Shown here piece by piece: positions 50,389 through 61,590 of a stretch of 64,000 bases of DNA (its first letter is position 1; each line of letters starts with the position of its first letter). Source of the DNA: Candidatus Poribacteria bacterium. GTDB taxonomy: Bacteria; Poribacteria; WGA-4E; WGA-3G. The DNA lies in the NCBI GenBank assembly GCA_965197475.1, contig CBDANF010000003.1:1568001-1632000 (forward strand), written 5' to 3'. The notes beneath the pieces are model-generated. The model saw only the letters and a program-made list of their open reading frames with translations. It ran no database searches and had not been told where the DNA came from. Position numbers and translations under genes: made by a program.

Positions 50389-50682
50389 TTATTCTCCTTC
50401 AGTGTCTTGTGCTTGTTGTGCTTCATCACGACGTTGTTTTTCCATGCGTTCCATTTTTCGGTTCCATCGTGCTATTGACCGAAACATTTCCATGAATCCG
50501 GCAGCGGTCCCGAGTGCAAACCCGATGTACGATCCGATTTCTGCGTTGCCCAATTTTCCACCGATCCACTTACCCCCGAAATAACCGATAGCAATAGCGA
50601 GTGCAAGCGTTATTCCAATGGAAGCGAGGTCGAACATCCCTACATTTTCATGTTTGAATTGGTCTAACCGTCGTTTAAACAT
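50389..50682 (-). CDS. atpZ: AtpZ/AtpI-family (ATPase gene 1) membrane protein
   Basis: IGITLALAIAIGYFGGKWI...GFALGTAAGF; first gene of the operon. Confidence 0.75.
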   Translation of the reverse strand: MFKRRLDQFKHENVGMFDLASIGITLALAIAIGYFGGKWIGGKLGNAEIGSYIGFALGTAAGFMEMFRSIARWNRKMERMEKQRRDEAQQAQDTEGE

Positions 50683-50804
50683 GACGTTTGCTCCCACAAA
50701 ATGAAATGATGTTAGAACAGATTCCCTCCTTAAGCAACGCTATAAATTATACTACAAGATTTGTGTTAATGCAAAAATTTTGACACATTTTCTTTACTTG
50801 AACT

Positions 50805-52241
50805 TCATTTTGATTGAATCAAAACTGCCCAATGTGCTTCGGTCGGAGCAGACAGTGTTATGCTATCGTTGAAAGGGATTTCCTCTTGTTTTTTCCATTC
50901 GCTTTTGCGGATATTTAGCCATCTGATTGTTACTGTTTTGGCATCTATCTTTTCACCAGCACTCAGATTGAGGTTTACTGAACCACCTTTTGGGAAGTAG
51001 ACTGCATATTCTTTTCCTGGATTTGCGATGGTATACGCGCCGTTATCTTCTCTGTTGGAAAGCAAGTCATTGTGAGGCTCACACGTAAAAACGTCCATCT
51101 CGCCTGTGATGGTTCGCATACTCTTGAGGCTCGCTTGTGCTGTTTTGCTCAAACCGAGTCCGTTGGGAGGACGGTGGAACCGTGCTGATGCAAATCCACC
51201 AAAGATATTTCGCCAGAATCGCGCTAATCCATCTTGTGTTTTACCGTATTTCCCGCTATCAGCACCGTAAATCTTAATATTATTGATAGGACGAATCGGT
51301 GAAAGTTCTGACCGATATTTCTGAGCGTTATCCCAATGTGTCTGTCGCTTCTGCGTATTATTCTGTGATATATCGCAAAACGAGTATATTTCTGGATGAT
51401 CGCTTGTCTCTCGATGTTTTTTATGATATATTTCCCACGGATTCCACATCTCAGTCGTTTCAACGGCACGTCCAGCTTCGGCTGCTCGCTTCTTGATATA
51501 GGTTGACCAGTATTTACCCCATTCAGGCGTAACTTCAGTTTCATTGTCCATACAGTAGAGTATGTGCCCGTACTGAAGCGTTTCAGAGAGAAGTTTATCT
51601 ACATACTTTTCCTGATATTTCAAGACGATTTCCTGATTGCGTTCTTTCGGCACTGACCAGAAAAAGTTATTATCTGTTCCAACAGGATGGGTTTTAACAA
51701 CAGTGGGTAACCCTGTTTCCTCTGCTGTGTAATTGCTGTTATTTTTTGGATTGAAAGGATTCGTATCCCACGGTTCACGATAATAGCTGAAGGTTGCCCA
51801 CACCTCAATCTGGACAATAATATCCATTTCATGTGTCCACGTGATAAAGTTGCGAAAACGCGTCCAAAATTCATCGTTCCACTGATTTAAGTCATATTTC
51901 TCACCGACTTTTTTGTGGGGAGGCACATCGCCTTCATCAACCCAACTCATCGTAGACCGCACATAGTTACCACCGACCGACTTCAACAGTTCAAGATGCT
52001 CTCTGAGATTCGGTATCTGAAATAGGTTGTCCTCGACTGAACCACCGATTAATAGAATTGGCTCACCTTTATACTGCCAGTAACGCGGATTTTCTGCATA
52101 AATTTGGATACGATTTTTTTCCATGTCTTTATCCTTTTGGGCATTAGTTTCCTTTGCTGTTATTAAGAACAGGGATACGAATACGAGTAAAGCCAACACA
52201 AGTTTGCCGTTAGCGAAGTGCGGCTCCCGCAGACTTTTCAT
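50805..52241 (-). CDS. Secreted glycoside-hydrolase-like protein (DUF4038-like barrel plus C-terminal beta-sandwich), paralogue 1
   Basis: Signal peptide, NPRYWQYKGEP, MDNET putative acid/base, EYAVYFP...WLN. Confidence 0.6.
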   Translation of the reverse strand: MKSLREPHFANGKLVLALLVFVSLFLITAKETNAQKDKDMEKNRIQIYAENPRYWQYKGEPILLIGGSVEDNLFQIPNLREHLELLKSVGGNYVRSTMSWVDEGDVPPHKKVGEKYDLNQWNDEFWTRFRNFITWTHEMDIIVQIEVWATFSYYREPWDTNPFNPKNNSNYTAEETGLPTVVKTHPVGTDNNFFWSVPKERNQEIVLKYQEKYVDKLLSETLQYGHILYCMDNETEVTPEWGKYWSTYIKKRAAEAGRAVETTEMWNPWEIYHKKHRETSDHPEIYSFCDISQNNTQKRQTHWDNAQKYRSELSPIRPINNIKIYGADSGKYGKTQDGLARFWRNIFGGFASARFHRPPNGLGLSKTAQASLKSMRTITGEMDVFTCEPHNDLLSNREDNGAYTIANPGKEYAVYFPKGGSVNLNLSAGEKIDAKTVTIRWLNIRKSEWKKQEEIPFNDSITLSAPTEAHWAVLIQSK

Positions 52242-52269
52242 AAGATTGCCTCCTGAATATAACGGATAT

Positions 52270-52456
52270 AATACCAAATTAACTTGATTCGAAGTTTTCC
52301 GATAAAGTCGGCATTGCGAAGAATACCCGGGACCTCGCGCTACAAATCGGGGTAAGTGGGGATAATATCAAATTAACTTGATTTATCTCATTTTTCTTGG
52401 TATAAGGTGCGGTTAGAAACCGCACCTACCGAGTGGGATCAAGTTAATTTGGTATA
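52270..52456. repeat. Compound MITE/REP element
   Basis: ATACCAAATTAACTTGAT inverted ends, internal copy of the end motif, AGGTGCGGTTAGAAACCGCACCTAC palindrome; left half matches 62203-62292. Confidence 0.75.
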
Positions 52457-52504
52457 ACACACCTGTGGATTGAACAACGGGAAACCCAACAATTTACTTG
52501 AACT

Positions 52505-53941
52505 TCATTTTGATTGAATCAAAACTGCCCAATGTGCTTCGGTCGGAGCAGACAGTGTTATGCTCTCGCTGAACGGGGTTTCCTCTTGTTTTTTCCATTC
52601 GCTTTTACGGATATTTAGCCATCTGATTGATACCGTTTTGGCATCTGTGCTTTTACCAGCACTCAGGTTGAGATCAACCGTGCCACCTTTTGGGAAGTAG
52701 ACTGCATATTCCTTTCCTGGATTTGCGATAGTATACGCGCCGTTATCTGCTCTGTTGGAAAGCAAATCATTATGAGGCTCACACGTAAAAACGTCCATTT
52801 CGTCTGTGATGGTTCGCATACTCTTGATGTGTGCTTGTGCGATTTCGCTTAAACCAACTCCACTGTCCGGACGGTGGAACCTTACTGATGCAAATCCGCC
52901 GAAGATGTTTCGCCAAAATCGCTCTAACCCATCTCGCGTACTGCCGAATCGTCCGCCATCAGCACCGTAAATCTTAATATTATTGATGGGACGGATCGGT
53001 GAGAGTTGTGCCCGAATTTTCTGAGCGTTATCCCAGTGCCGCTGCCGTTTCTGATGATTATTCTGTGATATATCGCAAAACGAGTAGGTTTCGGGATGGT
53101 CAAATGTCGCTTTATGCTTCTCATCGGATAGATCCCATGGATTCCACATCTCAGTCGTTTCAACGGCACGTCCAGCCTCTGCTGCTTTCTTCTGAATATA
53201 GGTTGCCCAGTATTCACCCCATGCAGCCGTGACGGCAGTCTCGTTGTCCATACAGTAGAGTATATGCCCATAAGGAAGCGTCTCTTCAAGGAGTTTATCC
53301 ACAAACTTTTCCTGATATTTTAAGACGTTTTCCTGATTGCGCTCTTTCGGGACTGACCAGAAAAAGTTATTACCCGTTGCAGCAGGATGGTCTTTGACAA
53401 CAGTAGGTAACCCCGTTTCTTCTGCGGTATAATTGCTGTTATTTTTTGGATTGAAGGGGTTGACATCCCAATTATCTCGGTAATAGGTGAAGGTTGCCCA
53501 CACTTCTATTTGGACGATAATATCCATCTCGTGGGTCCACGTTATGAAGTTCTGAAGACGGTTCCAAAATTCTTCGTTCCATTGATTTAAGTCATATTTG
53601 TCGCCGACTTTTTTGAAAGGTGGTATATCGCCTTCATCATTCCACCCCATCGTAGATCGCACATAGTTGCCACCAACCGACTTCAAAAGCTCGAGATGCT
53701 CTTTGAGATTCGGTATCTGAAATAGATTGTCTTCGACTGAACCGCCGATTAGCAGAATGGGTTCGCCTTTATACTGCCAGTAACGCGGGTTTTCTTTGTA
53801 AATCTGGATCCTGTTTTTTTCCATCTCTGTATCCTTTTTGGCTTTGGTATCCCATGCTGCTACTGAGCAAGCGGATACAAATATAAACAGAACTAACACA
53901 AGTTTGCCGATAGCGAAGTGTTGTCTGCACAGACTTTTCAT
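52505..53941 (-). CDS. Secreted glycoside-hydrolase-like protein, paralogue 2
   Basis: Highly similar to 50805-52241 along its whole length. Confidence 0.6.
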   Translation of the reverse strand: MKSLCRQHFAIGKLVLVLFIFVSACSVAAWDTKAKKDTEMEKNRIQIYKENPRYWQYKGEPILLIGGSVEDNLFQIPNLKEHLELLKSVGGNYVRSTMGWNDEGDIPPFKKVGDKYDLNQWNEEFWNRLQNFITWTHEMDIIVQIEVWATFTYYRDNWDVNPFNPKNNSNYTAEETGLPTVVKDHPAATGNNFFWSVPKERNQENVLKYQEKFVDKLLEETLPYGHILYCMDNETAVTAAWGEYWATYIQKKAAEAGRAVETTEMWNPWDLSDEKHKATFDHPETYSFCDISQNNHQKRQRHWDNAQKIRAQLSPIRPINNIKIYGADGGRFGSTRDGLERFWRNIFGGFASVRFHRPDSGVGLSEIAQAHIKSMRTITDEMDVFTCEPHNDLLSNRADNGAYTIANPGKEYAVYFPKGGTVDLNLSAGKSTDAKTVSIRWLNIRKSEWKKQEETPFSESITLSAPTEAHWAVLIQSK

Positions 53942-54065
53942 GAGATTGTCTCCTAAATATAAAGGTTATAACACGAAAATACATTCAGCAATATATATTA
54001 TACCATGAGGTTTAGGGCAAACAACCAGCCCGTTTATGAACAACACACGGATATCCGTGAAAATT

Positions 54066-56057
54066 CTAAAATGCCCGGATAACTTTTGCCACCAATCGCT
54101 GTTTGAATTCTGGGGAATTTGGATCGCCGAGGATGATGAAAAAATCTGTACCAGCATAGCCAGAGCGACGCAATGCAAAGTAGATGTTGATCCCTTCTAC
54201 TTGCCAGATTAACCGACTGCCGAGGCTTAAGGCGGGACTTAAATCGTATGTGAGGGTTAGAATCTGTTGGTAACGTCTTTCAAAATGATGTTGGATACTG
54301 GTAGAGAGTCCTGCAGTGAAACCGTAGACACGTAAATTCAGATTTCCACTGACGCGATGAATCCGCTCATCAGCTCGTTCACCCCAACTATAGTTGATAC
54401 TGACATTGTTGAACCGATCCGAGGCCCGTGCTCTTAATCCAATGTTAAAAATATTATCAGTGAATTCTTGAAATTGTCCACCAACCCTGCCAATATAAAG
54501 TTCGTAATCACTATGTGTCAAGAAGTTTGAAAAGACAGCGAAGTCTTGCTGAAATACCTCACCTTCATAAGTGTTATTCGCTATTACATTGGCCCCGATG
54601 AAGATACTACGGATTAGTCCCTGGCGCCATTCGTTCGAGATAATTCCTTCTAAAGCACCACCGCGGAGGCCGGTGAACGGTTGATAGCCGAGGTTATTTA
54701 CAAAATCTGGATCCACAAAATTCACATATATGCTCGATTGAAAAAGCGAGCCATTGTAATTTAAATTGACATCTCCTGTTCTTCCATCTGACTGTCCTTC
54801 CCAGCTTTGAGTGAAACTTGATCCCACCGAAAACTTACCGTGTCTCACATTTCCTGAGAGGTGGCCAATACTGTTTGTATCAGTGTCGGGACGATGGTGT
54901 GATAGGAACGCCGCACTGATGTTAGAAGTTGCCGTTAAAGATTGTGAGGCGCGTAAAATAAAATTCTGGTTGTTGCGATGATAGGTGCCTAAGGTGCCGA
55001 CTGAGGTGTTCTTTCCTACTTTTCCAAAGAGTTTAAGCCCTCCATCCATATCCATTATCCGACGTGAATAGAAAAGGTTGCCGAGATTGTAGACATTTCC
55101 ACCTTCTGAGAAGAACGGACGCCGGTCATCCACGTAGCGTTCACCGTAAGAGAAATCAATACCTTCAACGCTTTGTTCAATGTTATCAAAATCGGGGTTA
55201 GCTGTGCCGATGAGTCGTAGTTGTGGTGTAACCTGATAGCGTAGGTCTGCTCCTGTACGGGCAGTGTATTTTCGTTTATCCATTTCTGTTTCACTAATAC
55301 CGCCAATCAGATAGGGCAATAACTTTAGTTCACGCTGCCGCGGCGGTGGCAGCACATCAATCCAATGTCCATCGTTCTCTCGAAATTCTTGAACGCCAAG
55401 ATTACACCACCATGAACGTTCTCCGGTGCGTTGTTGAAATCTGTCAAGGTTGATACCCATCCGAACGGGTTCTGTTGTGTCGGGGTAATCCAGTATCTGC
55501 CATGGGATTTCCATCTCTACAATCCATCCATCTTCTATTATCTGGGCTGCAGCATTCCATAGTCCGATCCATTCGCTTTTTTCTGCGCGTCCAGTGGCAA
55601 GATGTGCAAATTTAGTGCCGAGTGGATTTACGATAAAGAAATTTCTGTCAGAAAATTGGTGTGTATGGAACGGATCAAGGCTAAAGGAAACCCAGTCTTC
55701 TCCCCCGAATCCGGTTTGGTCTTTAACTCGGCGCGCTACGATTTTATCGGGTATATCATCATAGAGGCGAAGCCCAACGTAGATTGCCTTGTCGGTATAA
55801 ACAAGCCTGCCGACAGATTGATTCTTGGCAGGTTTTTCGGTGCGTTCATCGGTGAAGCCGATAGCCTTTTGTGCGTCTTGCCAACAAGCATCGTTGAGGA
55901 TGCCATCAATGGTTGGTGGTCGTTCAGTTTTGACTGCGGGGAGTTCTTTTTGGACGGTTTGTGTGTTTTGCGCCTCTACGATCTGTAAGTTTATGATCAA
56001 AATAAGCGATAGTGTGATGAGCAATACTATCGCATGAATTTTTTGTAGGTTCACCAT
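54066..56057 (-). CDS. CBM9-like plus DUF5916 outer-membrane protein
   Basis: PTIDGILND..W, GWIVEMEIPW, ANPDFDNIE, DRRPFFSEG, FYSRRI; terminal Phe. Confidence 0.8.
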   Translation of the reverse strand: MVNLQKIHAIVLLITLSLILIINLQIVEAQNTQTVQKELPAVKTERPPTIDGILNDACWQDAQKAIGFTDERTEKPAKNQSVGRLVYTDKAIYVGLRLYDDIPDKIVARRVKDQTGFGGEDWVSFSLDPFHTHQFSDRNFFIVNPLGTKFAHLATGRAEKSEWIGLWNAAAQIIEDGWIVEMEIPWQILDYPDTTEPVRMGINLDRFQQRTGERSWWCNLGVQEFRENDGHWIDVLPPPRQRELKLLPYLIGGISETEMDKRKYTARTGADLRYQVTPQLRLIGTANPDFDNIEQSVEGIDFSYGERYVDDRRPFFSEGGNVYNLGNLFYSRRIMDMDGGLKLFGKVGKNTSVGTLGTYHRNNQNFILRASQSLTATSNISAAFLSHHRPDTDTNSIGHLSGNVRHGKFSVGSSFTQSWEGQSDGRTGDVNLNYNGSLFQSSIYVNFVDPDFVNNLGYQPFTGLRGGALEGIISNEWRQGLIRSIFIGANVIANNTYEGEVFQQDFAVFSNFLTHSDYELYIGRVGGQFQEFTDNIFNIGLRARASDRFNNVSINYSWGERADERIHRVSGNLNLRVYGFTAGLSTSIQHHFERRYQQILTLTYDLSPALSLGSRLIWQVEGINIYFALRRSGYAGTDFFIILGDPNSPEFKQRLVAKVIRAF

Positions 56058-56201
56058 CAATTGGCATCCTCCATGATAGGTGCGTTTAAAAAGTGTCAAA
56101 CCAATACCGAATGCGCCTATAGGTAAGTTCGTAGGTTGGTTGAACGGATAGAACCGCATAAGTGTCAATTTAAGGACATGAATTTGTTTTGGTTTGTATA
56201 T

Positions 56202-56358
56202 AAGCCTCGTAGAGGCGGTATGTTTATAGAAAAGGCGTTACCCCCGTTCTTGAGCCTCGTAGAGGCGGTATGCTTATAAAATCTATATGTCGCTCCTACG
56301 GAGCTCAAGAGACGTGTAAACTTTTTTCTATAAATATATCGTCCCTACGGACTATAGA
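56202..56358. repeat. REP-like palindrome cluster
   Basis: AGCCTCGTAGAGGCGGTATG twice, GCTCCTACGGAGC; same layout as 41771-41925. Confidence 0.75.
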
Positions 56359-56453
56359 AACCAGGCTTAGAAAGCCTTCCCACAAGAAAGATTAGATGCT
56401 AAATTGGCATCTATGGTTTCACTGTGCTCCCCCGAACTTACATCTATATTATC

Positions 56454-58157
56454 CTACTTTTGTCCCAGAACCTTCAGAAACTCTGGATCATCTTTTACAT
56501 CCGAAAATTCAGGTGTTCCAAGGAAAGATGGGTAGTAGCTATCCCGAAAATTATAGGAATCTACCACATAGTAATCCTGAGCGATCTTTAGATGATGTAA
56601 AGTCTTCTCGCGATCCTTCTCCGATGCCCAGATGCTCACAGCGAGCATGAAGTGCCCATAATGGTTGTTATTTCCCAAATCACTGGCGACCTGTAGGAAA
56701 CGTCTCGCTTCGCTATACTTTTTCAACCACACCAGACAACAACCAATATCGTGAGTAAACCAGACAAGGTCGTCAAGATTTACGGGTTGCCCTGCATCCC
56801 ATTTTTTCAACTCTACTTCCATATACGTGCTCACTTCCGTAAGTATTTGATCGAAACGCTCCCACTCTTTCCTTCTGGCATACAGCAATAGGCGATTCGT
56901 TCTTACAGCCAACCAGAATCGAAAAAAATGTTTCCAATCCTGTTTGGTGTTCGTCCGTTCCAATTTTTCTATCTCAAGAAGTGCCTCATCAGACCTACCG
57001 TTGGCTCGTAAGACTTCTGCTGCGATTTGTAGGGAATCGCAGCGGCTGTAGCAGCTCACTTCAGGGTTTTCTAAGCGTTCAGATGCCTCATTATAAAGTT
57101 GAATCCAGTCATCAATACGATCTTCTGCTGCCCAACATCCAGCACTGTTCAGATTGGAAATAATCTGCAATACATCTTTATCAGGCACGTTGTGGTTGCA
57201 TGCCCAATGGTAAAGTCGAGAATGTTCCTCAATAGCTTCTCGGTTTTTCCCCAGAAAAGCGAGGCTATTGACTAACCCCTCATGCGACCAATAACGCTCC
57301 TTATCATCTGCCGTGTCATCCATATACTTACGCAGTAAAGATGCACGTTTTTCCATGCCAAGTTTGCCCATATATGGGTATATTTTATCGACCACAAGAT
57401 GCGCCAGCTCAGGTGTAATTTCACCCTTGAGCGCAGCATCAATTTCGCTGTCTGCTTCTTTAAGTATATCCTCTCTTGATGCAGGATCAGATTTCACTTT
57501 TTCCATGAATGAATTGAACTTGCTGCGAATTTCTTCTAATTGACTCATAATATTCTCCTTCAGATTATCTGATAATTGTAAATGACCAAAGAATTCTTGA
57601 TCCAAGAGTTCCTGATCAGTTTGCATACGTTTTCGCGCGCGTTGAAGTCGGCTCGTAATTGTATTCACCGATACTCCCATGAATTCACCGATCTCTTTCG
57701 TTGACATTTCGTCAAGATAGTAGAGTGTGACGACCGTGCGTTCATTTTCTGGCAGTTTTTCTAAAAGCTTTTTCACAAGCTCATGGCAATACTCAACTCT
57801 GTCTGTCACCTGCTGTTCCGACCTGTGGTGTGTATAAGAGGATTTCTCGATTTCTTCTGGACGTGTGTTTTCCAAGGATTGCATCGCAGGCTTTTGCTTT
57901 CTTACCCAATCAATGCAAAGTCGATTTGCGATGACATGGATCCACCCAGCAAATTGATTGTGATTCTTGAGTGTCGGAAGTTTTTTGTATGCCTTAAGGA
58001 AGGTGTCTTGCATAATCTCCTCCGCATAGTGAAAATCGTGAATCTTCCGCCATGCAAGGGCGTGAATGCTCTTTTGATACTTTTCGACCAGGATGCTAAA
58101 CGCAGCGTCGTCGCCCGATAAGATTTTGCGAATCAGTTGAACATCGTCTCTTTCCAC
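56454..58157 (-). CDS. ECF sigma-70 factor with a long TPR-like C-terminal extension
   Basis: AEEIMQDTFLKAY, FAGWIHVIANRLC, LPENERTVVTLYY...KEIG...VNTITSRLQRAR. Confidence 0.9.
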   Translation of the reverse strand: MERDDVQLIRKILSGDDAAFSILVEKYQKSIHALAWRKIHDFHYAEEIMQDTFLKAYKKLPTLKNHNQFAGWIHVIANRLCIDWVRKQKPAMQSLENTRPEEIEKSSYTHHRSEQQVTDRVEYCHELVKKLLEKLPENERTVVTLYYLDEMSTKEIGEFMGVSVNTITSRLQRARKRMQTDQELLDQEFFGHLQLSDNLKENIMSQLEEIRSKFNSFMEKVKSDPASREDILKEADSEIDAALKGEITPELAHLVVDKIYPYMGKLGMEKRASLLRKYMDDTADDKERYWSHEGLVNSLAFLGKNREAIEEHSRLYHWACNHNVPDKDVLQIISNLNSAGCWAAEDRIDDWIQLYNEASERLENPEVSCYSRCDSLQIAAEVLRANGRSDEALLEIEKLERTNTKQDWKHFFRFWLAVRTNRLLLYARRKEWERFDQILTEVSTYMEVELKKWDAGQPVNLDDLVWFTHDIGCCLVWLKKYSEARRFLQVASDLGNNNHYGHFMLAVSIWASEKDREKTLHHLKIAQDYYVVDSYNFRDSYYPSFLGTPEFSDVKDDPEFLKVLGQK

Positions 58158-58540
58158 GAGACATCCTCCTAATGAGCAGGTAGGTTGAATTTGCTAAAAG
58201 ACTTAATCAAATGCTGAGGTTTGTAGAATGGAGTAATATAATACGGTTCACACCTTCTGTTAATAAAGACGAAACTTTGATCAGAAAACGTGCATCATGT
58301 CAAAAAATGAAACTTGGAACGAAGAAACCTTTGCATTTTCACCTGTAGGGTGGGGCACAGAGAACCACCCTACAATAGGAGTTTTGTATCCTTTGACAGA
58401 AACTTTACATACCTTAAAGGGATTAAAATAAATTATAAGCGCGACCTATCTCGGCAAGTGGGAAAGATCGCGACCTCCATGAGGAGCGTTCGCAAAACGC
58501 TCCTCATGGAGATTATGTGTGTGGTGGATATATTGAGGAT

Positions 58541-60550
58541 TTAAAATGCCCGAATCACTTTTGCGACCAGCCGTTGTTTGAATTCTGGGGAATTTGGATC
58601 GCCGAGGATGATAAAAAAGTCCATGCCTGCATAACCAGAGCGGCGCAATGCGAAATAAATATTAACGTTCTCTGCTTGCCATATTAGACGGCTGCCAAGA
58701 CTTAAGGCGGGAGTGAAGTCATACGTGAGGGTTAGAATCTGTTGGTAACGTCTTTCAAAATGCCATTGAATTTGGGAGGTCAATCCAGCAGTGAAGCCGT
58801 AAGCGCGGAGATTCAGATTCCCACTAATGCGATGAATCGTCTCACCTGCCTGCTCACCCCACGTGTAACTAATATTGACATTATTGAACCTGTCGGAGTC
58901 GCGTGCACCTAATCTGATACCGAAAACACTGTCTGTGAATTCTTCAAACTGACCGCCGTACCATCTGACAGAAAGCGAGTAGTCGCTATGCGTTAAGATA
59001 CGTGAAGTTATGGACAAGTTACGCCGGAAGATTTCATCTTTGTAAGTATTAGAGGCCTGGCTTTCAACAGAAAGGGCCGCACTGCGAATCAACCCTTCGC
59101 GCCATTCGTTCTTGATGAAACTACCCAAACCTATGCCGTGGTAGCCGGTGAACGGATAGTAGCCGAGTCTATTGACGAAATCCGAATCCACAAAAAATGC
59201 GGACAGGTAGGGTTGGAAAATCGGTCCGTTGTAGCCTAAACTGACAAACCCATTCCTTCCGTTTGATTCGCCTGTCCAAGTTTGCACGAGATTAGAACCT
59301 ACTGAAAATTTGCCGTGGCGTACATCTCCGGAAAGATAACCTACATTGTTCAATCCAGTGTCACGGTGATGGTGGGACAAGAACGCTGCATTTATGTTAG
59401 ATGTCGCCGTTAGAGACTGTGAGGCACGGACAATAAAGTTCTGATTGTTTCGATGATAGGTGCCTAAGGTACTTACAGAAGTATTTTTTGCTGCTTTCCC
59501 AAAGAGTTTTAGCCCTCCATCCATATCTGCTATCCGCCGCGAATGAAAGGAATTTCCAAGCCTATAGACATTTCCGCCTTCGGAAAAGAAAGGGCGTCGG
59601 TCAAACACGTAGCGTTCACCATAGGAGAAATCAATCCCTTCAACATCTTGTTCAATGTTATCAAAATCTGGGTTGGCAGTGCCGATGAGCCGTATTTGTG
59701 GCGTAACCTCATAGCGGATGTCTCCGCCTGCACGGGCGGTATATTCACTTCGCGACCGGGAGGTCGCTCCTACAGAAGCTTCCGTTTCACTGATGCCGCC
59801 AATCAGATAGGATAGCAGTTTTAGTTCACGTTTTCGGGGCGGTGGCAACACATCAATCCAATGCCCATCGTTTTCGCGAAATTCGTTAACACCCAAGTTA
59901 CACCACCACGAACGTTCTCCGGTACGTTGTTGCTCTCTGTCAAGGTTGATGCCCATCCGAACCGGCTTGTTTGTGTCTGGGTAATCTAACATCTGCCATG
60001 GGATTTCCATCTCTACAACCCACCCGTCATCTACAATCTGCGCTGCAGTTTTCCATAGTCCGATCCATTCGCTTTTTTCTGCGCGTCCAATGGCAAGATG
60101 TGCGTATTTCGTTCCGAGCGGGTTTACGATGAAGAAATTCCTATCAGAAAACTGGTGTGTGTGGAAAGGGTCGAGACTAAAGGAAACCCAGTCTTCTCCT
60201 GTGATTCTTGTCTGATCTTTGGTTTGGCGCGCCACAATTTTGTCGGGCATATCATCGTAGAGGTGAAGTCCAACGTAGATAGCTTTGTCGGTGTAAATGA
60301 CCATGCCAACGGATTGATCCTTGGCAGGTTTTTCGGTGCGTTCATCGGTGAAACCTATGGCTTGCGGTGCGTCTTGCCAGCAGGCATCGTTGAGGATGCC
60401 ATCAATGGTTGGTGGTCGTTCAATTTTGACTGCGAGGAGTTCTTTTTGGACGGTTTGTGGTTTTGCGCTTGTGCAGTTTGTAAGTTTGTGGTTGATATAA
60501 GCGATAGTGTAATGAGTAAAATTATTCCATAAATTCTCTGTGATTTCATC
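58541..60550 (-). pseudogene. Paralogue of the CBM9/DUF5916 protein, frameshifted near 60460
   Basis: CAAAACCACAA here versus CAAAACACACAA in the intact copy (1-nt deletion). Confidence 0.8.
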
Positions 60551-61358
60551 AATTAGTTTTCTCCGTTTTTAGGTATTTTAGTGGACTTTCGAGGATGTAA
60601 TCACCTGAATCCTCAAGAAACTGCTGCACCAGATAGACATGTCCGCCACCGATAATCAGCAGAATGCGATCATTTGCAGATTCAGTAATACGCGTCAAGT
60701 TAACAAAGATTTTAAGATTTCGAGCATACCAACGATGTGCAACCCAATTCGCTCCAGGGTATTGGTCGCCTAAGCCAACCCGTGCTCTCCGAAGGTATAG
60801 CTGATGTTCGGCGCGCCTGCCTTCAGGTTCGTTACCACGGATGTACATGTCTATGAGTGATTCGTATTTTACGGGTTCAATCCAGACTCTGCCATCTTCC
60901 TCCTCATGGAATTCCACATCGGAATCAGCATAAAAGTCCTCTACGCTAGGCAGCAAGTGTTCTTGATTGTGTTCCTTTGCGAATTTGTCAGCATCCGTCA
61001 AATCCGAGTCAAAATCTTCTGGAAAAAACGGGTTATGCTTTGGCCAATAATCAACACCGTACAACTTCGGGTGTCCCATCTGCTTAGCTAACCTAAACCC
61101 AATCTGGTCACCTTCTCCACGCTTGAGTTCGTACGTGCCTTCCAGATAGCCTTGGTAGTTTGCATTGATCTCAGAATCAAACCTTTCATCTGCCTCAAGG
61201 GCTATCTTAGTGGGACGAAACGGTTTAAGTAGTGTCACCAGTTGTTCTATTTCACGTTGTCGTTTGGGAGCGAGCACATCGTCCATTCTGAAATTGAATG
61301 CGTCCGCACCGGGATTTGCTAAGTGTCCACCGCCGAGAATCATGATTGTTGGTTTCAT
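60549..61358 (-). CDS. DUF5694-like protein
   Basis: ILGGGHLANP..D, RQREI, QIGFRLA, WYARNLKI, IGGGH. Confidence 0.75.
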   Translation of the reverse strand: MKPTIMILGGGHLANPGADAFNFRMDDVLAPKRQREIEQLVTLLKPFRPTKIALEADERFDSEINANYQGYLEGTYELKRGEGDQIGFRLAKQMGHPKLYGVDYWPKHNPFFPEDFDSDLTDADKFAKEHNQEHLLPSVEDFYADSDVEFHEEEDGRVWIEPVKYESLIDMYIRGNEPEGRRAEHQLYLRRARVGLGDQYPGANWVAHRWYARNLKIFVNLTRITESANDRILLIIGGGHVYLVQQFLEDSGDYILESPLKYLKTEKTN

Positions 61359-61503
61359 ACTTGTGTTTCCTCCTTTGATATTTTGACATTATAGCATGCT
61401 TGAGAAACCTGATGCTATTGTAAACTAACAGTAGGAAAGCTATTCAGTTTTGTTTCTGAATACAAAAGCAATTATTGCGGATTTAAAAATATTAAAGTAC
61501 TAA

Positions 61504-61542
61504 AACCGACGCCGAATACGCTTATGGCATTCGGCGTCGGTT
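61504..61542. terminator. Hairpin, probable terminator
   Basis: AACCGACGCCGAAT...ATTCGGCGTCGGTT. Confidence 0.55.
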
Positions 61543-61590
61543 CATTACGGTTACCTATATTTGTACAGTCATTTTGGATAAGGGAACAGT

